From an uncultured delta proteobacterium (GTDB lineage Bacteria > Myxococcota_A > Polyangia > Fen-1088), in contig CAVTRY010000012.1 of the NCBI GenBank assembly GCA_963737265.1, forward strand, positions 128,001 to 192,000: a DNA stretch of 64,000 bases, written 5' to 3'. Below the pieces are notes generated by a model that saw only the letters and a list, made by a program, of their open reading frames with translations, ran no database searches and was not told where the DNA came from. The position numbers and the translations under genes were made by a program. Shown here piece by piece: positions 35,748 to 45,040 of the stretch. The number at the start of each line of letters is the position of its first letter. Position 1 is the stretch's first letter.

Positions 35748-37329
35748 TTACTGTGACATCAGGATGGGGTACTTCTCCGCTATGTAGGCAAAGACATTGT
35801 TGCCCGAGTTCGTGATCTGGGAATCGGGCCACGGGCCGGTTGCGCTTGCATTGGTCGTAAAAACAGAGGACGTCTCGGTATTGGTTTCAACCGCCCAGTT
35901 ATTGGAACTGATGAGATTCTGATCCAGGTACTCCCACCACTTGTTCACTTCGCTCACGTTAAAGGTGCCATTCCCATTGGCCGAGACCCCACCGTATTCG
36001 GTCACCCAAATGAGCTGCTTTGCGTTCAAACATTTGTCGATATAGCCCTTGAAGCTTGCGAGCGGGTGGCTATTCGCGTAGAAGTGAACGACATACCCCA
36101 CGTTGGTCGTACTCGTGATCGGGTTGGCGCAGGCTTCATCGGGGCGCTGGTCCCATTGGCGGTTACCGGAAAGAAAGATGTTGTCCGGGTCGATGGGCCT
36201 TACCGCCGCGATGATCTGCTCCATATAGGACTTGATATCGGTCCAGGAATTAGTCGTCGGCTCGTTCCAAGGCTCGTAGATGATGTTGGGCGTGTTGCCG
36301 TAGTCTTTGGCGAGTTGCACATAGAAGGCCTTTGCGCTATTTACGTCGGGACTGTCGAACACGTGCCAATTGGGTATGCAGTAGATGCCGTTCGCGATGC
36401 AGGCGTCCATCACGGTCTTTATCCGACCGTACTGTGACGGATAGTTGGCGGCCAAAAGTGGCACGCGAAGCGACGGACACTTCTTCTGTCCCGTTCCTGT
36501 CCCGGCAAGGTTCTTGACTGCGTCTGCGTTGTAGAACTGCCTCCCCGCCTGCGACCAGTCATACATCGACATCGAAGCCATTTGAATGGGCCTGCCACAC
36601 TGATTGACGAGTTTGCCCCCTTCGATACGGAGTTTTCCATGCCTGGCGACTGGTGTCGTCGTTGCATCGCACTGGCCGGGGTTGATGACGATCGCACCAC
36701 CGGTCGCTGTCGCACCGCCGGCTGAGGTCGTCCCGCCCGTGCCCGTCCTGCCGCCTGAGCCTGTCGCGCCGCCGGTTGTCGCCGCGTCGCCAACGCCTGT
36801 CGCACCGCCTGCGCCTGCATCCCTGGCACCGCCACCTCCCGATCCGGTGGCACCACCGGAGGCAACCGAGCCCACGTTCGTCGTACCACCGTTCGTCGTA
36901 CCACCGGTACCGCTGGTTCCCCCAGGGCCATCGCATCATCCTACATCGACGCAGGATCCATCAGAGTCTCGGCCATTTCTGGAAGGTTTTCCCCTGGGGT
37001 CGGTGCGCGCGCCGGTGTGCAGGCAGGTTCGGCAGCGCGCACGGGCGCGGAGACCGGCATAACTATCGGCATCTCCGCAAGATCACTTACAATTTAGATG
37101 CGTTGGCCCTGCTGGTTCCCCCTAGGCTGCTCCCGCCCGACGAGCTGGTCCCGGCCGAGCTTCCACCGGACGCCCTCGCGTCTCCCGCTCCAGTCGTGCC
37201 CCCGGCCGCGATCGCGCCACCACCGCCCCCGGCCCCTCCCGAGCCTCCGATCTTTACACTGCCGACATTGTCCGTCGAGCACGCGGCATAGGCGATCCAG
37301 AGAACGGAGAGGATCCAGCATACCTTCAT
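35748..37329 (-). pseudogene. GH5 endoglucanase lipoprotein interrupted by a MITE
   Basis: Catalytic NEP (IIYEPWNEP) and VTEYG in 35748..36875. Signal peptide and linker in 37087..37329. Removing the insert and one repeat (199 bp) restores a 460-aa ORF. Confidence 0.85.
36923..37111. mobile_element. 189-bp MITE, probably ISAs1-derived
   Basis: 15-bp TIR CAGGGCCA(T/A)CGCATC. 10-bp direct repeat CTGGTTCCCC at 36913-36922 and 37112-37121. Confidence 0.85.
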
Positions 37330-37477
37330 GTTTCTTCCTTGCGTCATTGTTCTCTCAGTGGCTGTTTCTAGCAGCGCACCTGACAGACTATGTGGAAGGG
37401 TCGGCGCGAACTTCTACGTCCCATCGAAGTTGGGCGCGTGCTAAGAGTGCACAATGAGGGGCTGCCCGCTGGCGAGC

Positions 37478-37503
37478 TAAAGTCCGCCGGACATGCGGCC
37501 GAT
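37478..37503 (+). promoter_or_regulatory. Sigma-28 (FliA/SigD)-like promoter
   Basis: TAAA-N16-GCCGAT upstream of the chemoreceptor gene. Confidence 0.55.
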
Positions 37504-37581
37504 GTCCAGATCCGGCACAAATGGGCGAGACCGGCTTCGTGGGGATCAATGTCTTAACCGAATCCCCAACCCAGTCGCGCC

Positions 37582-39210
37582 ATGAAACAGGCCAGAATGG
37601 GCGTTAACCGTTCGATCTCAACCTCGATCAGCGTGGCTATTGGCCTGGTGCTGCTGGTCATCCTCGGTTCGGTCTTCGCCCTCCTTCAAATTCAGAACCA
37701 ACGGCGTGCCTTCGATGCGGCTGCGCAGTCCGCGGCCGAGACAAATGCCCTGATTTCATCGGCCATAACCTTTTCGATGAGCCAGGGCGCCCAGGATATT
37801 GGCCCCCTGGTGGCTTCCTTGAGAAGCATCCGCACGCTCAAACAGATACGACTTACGCCCGCCGATGCGGTTCATGCCGGTGGCGAGATGGAGCTGGACG
37901 CGGCCGAGAAGGCGGCGTTCGCGTCCCGGCAGGAGGCATTTCTGCACGAAGATTTCGCAGGCGAACCGGTCATCAGAGCCATTCGCCCTATCCTTTCCGA
38001 ACAGAGCTGCCAGGGCTGCCATGACTCGAGGACCGGCGCAACCCTCGGAATCCTGAGCGTCCGCTACTCGCTTGCCGCGACCACGACCGCCGTGGCACAA
38101 CAGCGCTCGATTTCGCTGACGGCGGCGGTCCTTACCATCGCCGTCATCTTCACGCTGATCTGGGTCCTCATCGACCGCAAGGTGATCCGGGGCCTCTTGA
38201 GCCTGGACCGAGTCATGCGTTTGGTAGCTGACGGCGATCTGCAAGCCGAGACGCACATCCAACGCAATGACGAGCTGGGTCGGTTGGCGAGCGCGTTTAG
38301 CAGCATGCGCGAGAACACGAGGACGCTCGTGAGAGACATCTCTGGCAAGACGGTGGCGCTTAACAAGAGCGCGCAGGGAGCCGCCGAAGTTTCCGGCGAT
38401 CTCAGCGAGAGTGCACGCCGGATGAAGGAGAAGTCGAATGCTGTCGCGGCGGCGGCCGACGCGTTGAGTGCGGGTACCACGTTGGTTGCGTCGAACATGG
38501 CCAGCGCGACGGATGAGCTTTCGTGGGTTGCCGCGGCAACCGAGCAGATGAACGCCACCGTGGGCGAGATCGCCGCGAACACGGAGAAGGCGCGCGGCGT
38601 GAGCGGGTCGGCAACCGAACAAAGTAAGCTCGTCGCCAAGTCCATGCAGGTGCTAGGTCAGGCCGCCCGCGAGATTGGCACGGTCACCGAGACCATCATG
38701 AGGATTTCGGCGCAGACCAACCTGCTCGCCCTCAACGCAACCATCGAGGCGGCGCGCGCCGGCAGCGCGGGCAAGGGCTTCGCGGTCGTTGCCAACGAGA
38801 TCAAGACGCTGGCCGAGCAAACCGCTCAGGCCACCCGTGACATCCACCAAAAGATCGATGACATTCAAACCTCGGCGACGAGCGCGGTCGCGGATATCCA
38901 GAAGATCGCCGGGGTGGTCCAGGAACTGGGCAACATCGTGGGCTCGATTGCGGCGGCCATCGGGGAACAGTCAGGCATGACCCGCGACATTTCGGAAAAC
39001 ATCGCGCGGGCTATCCACGGCGTGAAGAAAGCAAGCCATGCCGTTGGCGAAACGGCTTCGAACAGCAAGACCATCGCCACGGACATCGCAGGTGTCAACG
39101 TGACCGCGCAAGACCTCTCGTCGGCGAGCACCAAAATGAGCAGCAGCGCCGTCGAGCTCAAAGGGCTTGCCTCGCAACTCGAAGGGATGACCAAGAGATT
39201 CAAGGTGTGA
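37582..39210 (+). CDS. Methyl-accepting chemotaxis protein with c-type heme periplasmic sensor
   Basis: 2 TM segments, periplasmic CQGCH, HAMP, and [31 protein letters not shown]. Confidence 0.93.
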   Translation: MKQARMGVNRSISTSISVAIGLVLLVILGSVFALLQIQNQRRAFDAAAQSAAETNALISSAITFSMSQGAQDIGPLVASLRSIRTLKQIRLTPADAVHAGGEMELDAAEKAAFASRQEAFLHEDFAGEPVIRAIRPILSEQSCQGCHDSRTGATLGILSVRYSLAATTTAVAQQRSISLTAAVLTIAVIFTLIWVLIDRKVIRGLLSLDRVMRLVADGDLQAETHIQRNDELGRLASAFSSMRENTRTLVRDISGKTVALNKSAQGAAEVSGDLSESARRMKEKSNAVAAAADALSAGTTLVASNMASATDELSWVAAATEQMNATVGEIAANTEKARGVSGSATEQSKLVAKSMQVLGQAAREIGTVTETIMRISAQTNLLALNATIEAARAGSAGKGFAVVANEIKTLAEQTAQATRDIHQKIDDIQTSATSAVADIQKIAGVVQELGNIVGSIAAAIGEQSGMTRDISENIARAIHGVKKASHAVGETASNSKTIATDIAGVNVTAQDLSSASTKMSSSAVELKGLASQLEGMTKRFKV

Positions 39211-39214
39211 CTCA

Positions 39215-39377
39215 AGACGTGTCTATCAATCGCAGACCGAGCCCCGGCCGAGCGAGCAAGCCCGCCCGCGAGGCGCGACGAGCGCGCATAGCGCGGGCTA
39301 TGTAAGCGAGGAGCAAGCAACGAAGCGGGCGGGATGCGCAGCCGGACGGGCGACGGGAGCGATTGATGGACACGTCT
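39215..39377. mobile_element. Hairpin/MITE-like element, copy B of the shared-core family
   Basis: 19-bp TIR AGACGTGTC(T/C)ATCAATCGC. TCA direct repeat at 39212-39214 and 39378-39380. Core at 39269-39325. Confidence 0.8.
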
Positions 39378-39383
39378 TCAGGC

Positions 39384-40841
39384 CTACTGCGGCTGGGTCA
39401 TCGGCACGCCGCTCTGATCGCAGGAATAGAACGAGTTGTAAAGGCCCTGGGCCGTGAGCCCTTGACCGGTAACGTGATCCCGGAAGGCACAGCTTGGCAT
39501 GCAGCAGTCCTGCATGGTCGAGGTCCACAGCCGCGTGCCGCCGCCGGATTTCGATCGGAAGGCGGAATTCGCCGCAGCCTGAGCCGCGGTCGTCACGTTC
39601 GGGTTGACCGCGGGAAGCCCCTGGGGGGCCAGCTTGCAGCCGGTGAGATCGGTCAGGTGCGACGGGCACTCCACCTTCATCGCCCAGACGTTCCAGTTGA
39701 GGTGATAGTAGGTCTGCGGATTGTTCGACTGAATGCAGGAGCGAATCGAATCGGCCGTCGTGGTCGCCGAGGGCGCCGCGATCATGTCGCACTCGGTGGC
39801 AATCTTGCTCTGACAGGCCGGGGTCGAGAGACTTGCCGTGGTAACCCAACTGACAGAGGTCTTGCATTCGCTGTATTTTGTGGCCCCCTTGACCCCGCCG
39901 TTATCGGCGCCGTCAGGCGGGAAGCTGGTGTAGATATATTCGCCGGATACGGCTTGCGGCGAGCCCTTCGGATCGCAGGCATTGTTCGCGCCAAAGCCTC
40001 CCGCGGCCATGAAGACGTCGAAGCTGTCGGTCGTGGCGCCCATGTTGAAGCTCTGCACGACGAGCGGTGGCGGCAAGGGCTGAATCGCGGACTGATTGTT
40101 GTTCGGGTCGTCGGGATTGACCAGGGCTTGACGATCGTTTTGCGACGGAGAGTCGTACACGAGCTGATAGCATTGACAGCAGGCGCTTGAGGCGGTGCCG
40201 TCAATGCCGCCCTGATCGGCATCGTGGCCGACGATCGCGTAGTTGAAAGCCGTGTTTCCGTCTAGGTTGGCGGCCTGTTTCATAGCGTCGCTGAACAACA
40301 TCCATTGCGGGCAGATGAAGGCCACCGGCATGTTCGGCTTGCTCGCGGGGGTGTCCTGGCAAGCATTCACGAAGGATGTGCAATTGCCGCCGCAGGTGCT
40401 GCTGGCCTGTCCCGTCACGCATCCCTCGTCCTGAGTCGCGAACTTGTTTCCGCATTGCCTGGGCGGCGGCAGGGTTGTCCACGTCCCGCTCGTGGCGCCG
40501 CCTGCGCTCGTGGCGCCGCCTGCGCTCGTGGTGCCGCCTGCGGCGACGCCGCCGGTTCCGATCGTGCCGCCCTTCGAGCCGCTGCTGCCGCCTGCATTCG
40601 CTCCGCCCGCAAGGACGCTGCCCCCGGAGGCGCTTGTCGCAGTGCCGCCGGAAGCCACGATTCCACCGTTCGCCGAGGTGGCTCCCCCGGCCGGTCCCGA
40701 GCTGCCCCCCACAGAGCCGCCCGCGCCTCCTAATCCCGAGCCTCCCGACCCCATGGACGGCTCTTTGGGGCCAGCGCAGCCAAGCGTCGTGGCAACGGCC
40801 AGGGCGAGCAATCCAGTCATACGCGTGAGTCGAGACAGCAT
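39384..40841 (-). CDS. GH45-like endoglucanase lipoprotein, apparently circularly permuted
   Basis: Lipobox TLGC and Gly/Ser/Thr linker. CCQCYQL, LVVQS...FDVFMAAGGFG and CPSHLTDLTGC, followed by TSTMQDCCMPSCAF. Confidence 0.8.
   Translation of the reverse strand: MLSRLTRMTGLLALAVATTLGCAGPKEPSMGSGGSGLGGAGGSVGGSSGPAGGATSANGGIVASGGTATSASGGSVLAGGANAGGSSGSKGGTIGTGGVAAGGTTSAGGATSAGGATSGTWTTLPPPRQCGNKFATQDEGCVTGQASSTCGGNCTSFVNACQDTPASKPNMPVAFICPQWMLFSDAMKQAANLDGNTAFNYAIVGHDADQGGIDGTASSACCQCYQLVYDSPSQNDRQALVNPDDPNNNQSAIQPLPPPLVVQSFNMGATTDSFDVFMAAGGFGANNACDPKGSPQAVSGEYIYTSFPPDGADNGGVKGATKYSECKTSVSWVTTASLSTPACQSKIATECDMIAAPSATTTADSIRSCIQSNNPQTYYHLNWNVWAMKVECPSHLTDLTGCKLAPQGLPAVNPNVTTAAQAAANSAFRSKSGGGTRLWTSTMQDCCMPSCAFRDHVTGQGLTAQGLYNSFYSCDQSGVPMTQPQ
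40487..40540. repeat. Three tandem 18-bp repeats in the GH45 linker
   Basis: CGCTCGTGG(C/T)GCCGCCTG x3, encoding AGG(A/T)TS. Confidence 0.85.
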
Positions 40842-40967
40842 CCATCCACTCTACCAGCTCAGGGTGAACGCGGTCACTCTCCGAAGGGACTTCCAAGCGC
40901 GGAAAGAACGTTCATCTCCCCGTTCCTAGTGGTATGCGGTAAACTGCACCCAAAAGGGAGACGCTAA

Positions 40968-41867
40968 ATGGCAAAACAATGGTGGCCTCTCACGCTCATG
41001 GTCGCGCTGACAGCTTGCAGCGGGAATTCAGTGATAGGTGCCTCCACCGAAAACAAGGCATCCAACAATGGCGGTGGCCAGGTGACCATCACCCCCAACA
41101 CCGGCTTCGGCGGCGCGACCGGTGTGGGCACGGCCAATGGTCAGACCGGTCAGCTCACCGTCACGATCCGAGACTTCAAGTTCTACAACGCTGGCGACCC
41201 ATCGACGGTGCCCGACTTCGAGAATGTTCCCAAGACCGATCAGAACGGCAACCCAAGCCCGACCTACACCGGCCCCTGGGACGACAAGAACATCGTCGCC
41301 GACCAGCTCGGCGCGGATCACAAGCCGGTCTACAAGAACGCAACAGGGACGACCCTGACGACACACGGAAAGACCGCCTTCGACAAGTGGTATCGCACCG
41401 TCTCCGGGACCAACATCGCCCAGGCCATCCCGCTGGCCCTGACCAAGAACGCCGACGGGGCGTACGAATATGACAGTCAGGCTGCGGGACCGCTGAGCCC
41501 GGGCGGAATGTTCTTCCCCATCGACGACGGGACGCAATACAAGACCGCGTTTGGCAACCAGGGCATGACGCATAACTACTCTTTCACGAGTGAAATCCAC
41601 ACGCTTTTCACCTACCAGGGCGGTGAGACCTTTCACTTCAGTGGGGACGACGATGTGTACGTTTTCATCAACAACAGCCTCGTCATCAATCTGGGCGGGG
41701 TCCATTCCAGGGAGCCCGCGGATGTGGCGATCGATGATCTGAAACTCACCAAGGGCAGCACCTATCCGCTCAACTTCTTCCACGCCGAGCGCCACATGAC
41801 TCAAAGCAATCTGCTCATCACCACCACCCTCGAATTGGTGGTTAACACCGACATCCCGACTTACTAG
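40968..41867 (+). CDS. Fibro-slime domain lipoprotein
   Basis: Lipobox LTAC. IRDF, FDKWY, HNYSFTSE, GDDDVYVFIN and HAERH. Confidence 0.88.
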   Translation: MAKQWWPLTLMVALTACSGNSVIGASTENKASNNGGGQVTITPNTGFGGATGVGTANGQTGQLTVTIRDFKFYNAGDPSTVPDFENVPKTDQNGNPSPTYTGPWDDKNIVADQLGADHKPVYKNATGTTLTTHGKTAFDKWYRTVSGTNIAQAIPLALTKNADGAYEYDSQAAGPLSPGGMFFPIDDGTQYKTAFGNQGMTHNYSFTSEIHTLFTYQGGETFHFSGDDDVYVFINNSLVINLGGVHSREPADVAIDDLKLTKGSTYPLNFFHAERHMTQSNLLITTTLELVVNTDIPTY

Positions 41868-42418
41868 TGGCGCTTCTCGGACGAAGGGGCCGGATCCTCC
41901 GCTTTCCGCCGCGCCTTGGACCGGCGACGGCGAACGAGCGCGACCACGAGAAGCACGGCCAACAGCAGAACCAAGCCTGCTGCGAAGGGAGTGCCGCGTA
42001 GCCAGCCTGTGCCTTCGGCTCCCAATCGCACCGAGGCCACCAGCGCCCGAACCAGAAACCGCCCGAAACGAATCAGCAGCGGCAAGGTCAGGAGCAGCGC
42101 AACGATCTTGACCAAGCCGCTGTTCTTGCGCGGCCCAGCCCCAAAGCCGGGCGCGCCTGCCGGCCCAGCGGCGCCGCGAAAGCCGCTCGCCCCGCCGTCG
42201 AACGCCGCTCGCCGCTCGGCATGCGATAGGATCTCGTAGGCACGGTTGATCTCGGCCATTTTTTCAGCGGCCAGATCCTCCAAGGGATTTCCCGAATGCT
42301 TGTCGGGGTGGTAGCGCGCCACCAGCGCCCGATAGGCGGCGCGGATTTCAGCATCGGTCGCGGTGCGCGACACGCCCAAGACGGTGTAGGGATCTGGCTC
42401 GTTGGCAGCGGGTCTCAA
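41864..42418 (-). CDS. J-domain protein with C-terminal TM segments
   Basis: DPYTVLGV, YHPDK and EINRAYEIL. Confidence 0.88.
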   Translation of the reverse strand: MRPAANEPDPYTVLGVSRTATDAEIRAAYRALVARYHPDKHSGNPLEDLAAEKMAEINRAYEILSHAERRAAFDGGASGFRGAAGPAGAPGFGAGPRKNSGLVKIVALLLTLPLLIRFGRFLVRALVASVRLGAEGTGWLRGTPFAAGLVLLLAVLLVVALVRRRRSKARRKAEDPAPSSEKRH

Positions 42419-43386
42419 TGTGCGGTGGACCTCCCCGTGGCAGCGGCCGCGGCCGGCGACTGCAAGTAGCGGAAGAGATCCGCGCTGGTCGACAGCACGA
42501 GCCAGGAATCCTTGTCGATGGTACTGCGATAGGTTTCCATGGTGCGCAGGAAGCGGTAAAGCTCGCGGTTGCGATTGTATGCTTCAGCATAGATTCCCGT
42601 GGCCTCGGCGTCGCCGCGCCCCATGATTTCCTGGGTCTTGCGATAGGCCTCGGACTCGATCACCTTGAGCTCGCGCTCCTTCTTGCCGCGAATCTCGGCG
42701 CTCTTGCCCTGCCCTTCCGAACGGTAGCGGTCGGCGATGCGCTTGCGTTCCGAAATCATGCGGTCGAACACCTTGGTCTGAACGCTCTCGATGTAGTTGA
42801 CGCGCTGGATCTGCAAGTCGACGAGCTCGATGCCATAGTCCGGAACCACACGCGACGCACGCTCGAGAATAAGCCGGGTAATCTTGTCCCGCCCGAGCTC
42901 AATCTGCCGCATGGCCTCGGTGTCCATAACATCTTCGATTTCTTCGGTCTTTTCAAAGGCGCGGTTGCTGGTTCGCACCACTTCGATCAAATCGTGACTG
43001 GCGATGACGTTGCGGGTTTCTCCGTCGATGATGTCATCGAGGCGCGACTGGGCACCCCGCTCGTCACGCAAGCGCTGGAAGAAAAGCAGCGGATTGTCGA
43101 TGCGCCAGCGCGCGTAGGTTTCGACCCAGATGTATTTCTTGTCGCGGGTCGGGACCTGGTTGGGATTGCCGTTGAATTCAAGCCAGCGCTTGTCGAACAC
43201 GTTCGCTTCCTGGGCGAACGGCACCTTCACGTGCAGGCCGGGTTGGATGACGGCCTGCCCGATGGGCTGACCGAACTGTGTGATGACGACCTGCTCGGTC
43301 TCCGCCACCGTGTACAAGGCCGATGACAACGTCACGATGCCCAGCACCACCAGCCCGGCGATGATCCACCACGATCGAGTCGTCAT
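42415..43386 (-). CDS. hflC: FtsH modulator HflC
   Basis: SPFH domain, RMISER..IA..RSEG. Directly downstream of hflK. Confidence 0.93.
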   Translation of the reverse strand: MTTRSWWIIAGLVVLGIVTLSSALYTVAETEQVVITQFGQPIGQAVIQPGLHVKVPFAQEANVFDKRWLEFNGNPNQVPTRDKKYIWVETYARWRIDNPLLFFQRLRDERGAQSRLDDIIDGETRNVIASHDLIEVVRTSNRAFEKTEEIEDVMDTEAMRQIELGRDKITRLILERASRVVPDYGIELVDLQIQRVNYIESVQTKVFDRMISERKRIADRYRSEGQGKSAEIRGKKERELKVIESEAYRKTQEIMGRGDAEATGIYAEAYNRNRELYRFLRTMETYRSTIDKDSWLVLSTSADLFRYLQSPAAAAATGRSTAH

Positions 43387-44408
43387 GGCTTGACCTCCTC
43401 GGTCGGTCCTTGCGGACCGAGCGGAAACATGGGCAGGATACCCTTCGCCTTTTCATCGAAGATCAGCTTCTTGCCCGCGTTGGGAAGAACCGCCGACATG
43501 GTTTCGAGATAGAGCCGGGTGCGCGTCACCTCGGGCGACTTGCGATACTCCTGTTCGAGCGCGGTGAACCTTTGTGCATCGCCCTTGGCGCGGTTCACGC
43601 GATCCACGGCAAACCCCTCGGCAGCCTCGATCTTCTGTTCGGCCAGGCCGCGCGCGCGCGGGATCTCCTGGTTGTATTCGGCCCAGGCCTCGTTGATCGC
43701 GCGCTCGCGCTCCTGAATCGCCTGGTTGACAGCGTTGAACGACGGCTTTACCGACTCGGGCGGATCTACGTCCTGCAACACCAGCTGCTGGACCGAGATG
43801 CCGTTGTCGTAGAGCTTGCACAGATTCGACAGCAGCTCCTTCGCCTTGGCCGCGATGGATTCGCGCCCGACGGTCAGAAGCTCGGTCACGCTGTGATCGC
43901 CCACCACAGTGCGCATGGACGCTTCGGCCATCAGGCGGAAGGTCTCCTCGACGTCGCGCAGCTTGAACAGGTACTTATAAGGATCGGAAATCTTGTACTG
44001 CACGATCCACTCGACCGTCGCCACGTTGAGATCGCCGGTGAGCATGAGCGATTCGCTGGCGGTCTTTTCGTCCTTGCGAAAGGTGCTCTGAATGTCGGCG
44101 CGCGCGGTACGGAAGCCGAACTCCTGCTTGAGCTGCCGCTGCACCGGAACCTTCTGCACCCGCTCGATGCCGAACGGGATCTTGCCGTGCGGCCCGGGCT
44201 CGCAGGTGCGAACGAATCGCCCGAAACGGGTGACCAGACCGACCTCGTCAGGCTCGACCTGGTAGTACGAGCTGACCATGGCCGCGAGCGCCACCACCGC
44301 GACGACGATCGTGCCCAGCAGCCGGCGCGACGATCGCAAGCGGTCGCGCAGCTCGCGCCCCAAGCGGAAAAGATCCTCTGGACCGAAATCGACCCCGCTG
44401 TTCGCCAT
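43383..44408 (-). CDS. hflK: FtsH modulator HflK
   Basis: MLTGDLN, IPRARG and PEVTRTRLYLETM. Confidence 0.93.
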   Translation of the reverse strand: MANSGVDFGPEDLFRLGRELRDRLRSSRRLLGTIVVAVVALAAMVSSYYQVEPDEVGLVTRFGRFVRTCEPGPHGKIPFGIERVQKVPVQRQLKQEFGFRTARADIQSTFRKDEKTASESLMLTGDLNVATVEWIVQYKISDPYKYLFKLRDVEETFRLMAEASMRTVVGDHSVTELLTVGRESIAAKAKELLSNLCKLYDNGISVQQLVLQDVDPPESVKPSFNAVNQAIQERERAINEAWAEYNQEIPRARGLAEQKIEAAEGFAVDRVNRAKGDAQRFTALEQEYRKSPEVTRTRLYLETMSAVLPNAGKKLIFDEKAKGILPMFPLGPQGPTEEVKP

Positions 44409-44451
44409 GGCATCTTCTGTCAGACTCCGCCCAAAAACTCAATGCTCGCCG

Positions 44452-45006
44452 CTACATCGTACGGATGTCGACCCAGTGCATGCCCGCCCTACGCGCGGCT
44501 TCGAGGCCAAGCTCGGTGTCCTCGTACACGGTGCAGTCCGTGGGTATTGCCTTGAGGCGGCGCGCGGCTTCGAGAAAAACATCGGGGTCGGGCTTGTGCT
44601 TGGCGGTGTCCTCGGCCGTCACCAACACGGAAAACCAGTCGAGAATTCCGATCTGACGCAAAGTCAGCTCGACCAGATAGCGTTGCCCGCCGGACGCGAC
44701 CGCCATGGGCGAAACGCCCCGGCCGCGGCGAGCGACCTCGACGACTTTCTCGATGGGCCTTATCTCGCCAACCTTTTCGATGAAGGCCTGCTCCTTCTGC
44801 CGCACGAGCGTTGCCACGTCGGGGACCTTCCCCGCCTCGAAAAATAGCCGCTCGACGATTTTACCTGTCGGCATGCCGCCGAGGGCGTAAAAGCGATCCT
44901 CCGGCAAGGCGATGCCATGCGGCCGCAGAATTTCGACCCAGGCGCGGTAGTGCGCCGGCATGGTGTCGGCCAGGGTTCCGTCACAATCGAAAATGAGCGC
45001 GTTCAC
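44452..45006 (-). CDS. HAD family phosphatase (YqaB/beta-PGM-like)
   Basis: FDCDGTLADT, KPDPD and YEDTELG. GTG start at 45006. Confidence 0.9.
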   Translation of the reverse strand: MNALIFDCDGTLADTMPAHYRAWVEILRPHGIALPEDRFYALGGMPTGKIVERLFFEAGKVPDVATLVRQKEQAFIEKVGEIRPIEKVVEVARRGRGVSPMAVASGGQRYLVELTLRQIGILDWFSVLVTAEDTAKHKPDPDVFLEAARRLKAIPTDCTVYEDTELGLEAARRAGMHWVDIRTM

Positions 45007-45040
45007 GACCCGGCCTTCATAGCAGAACAAGACAGGCGAA

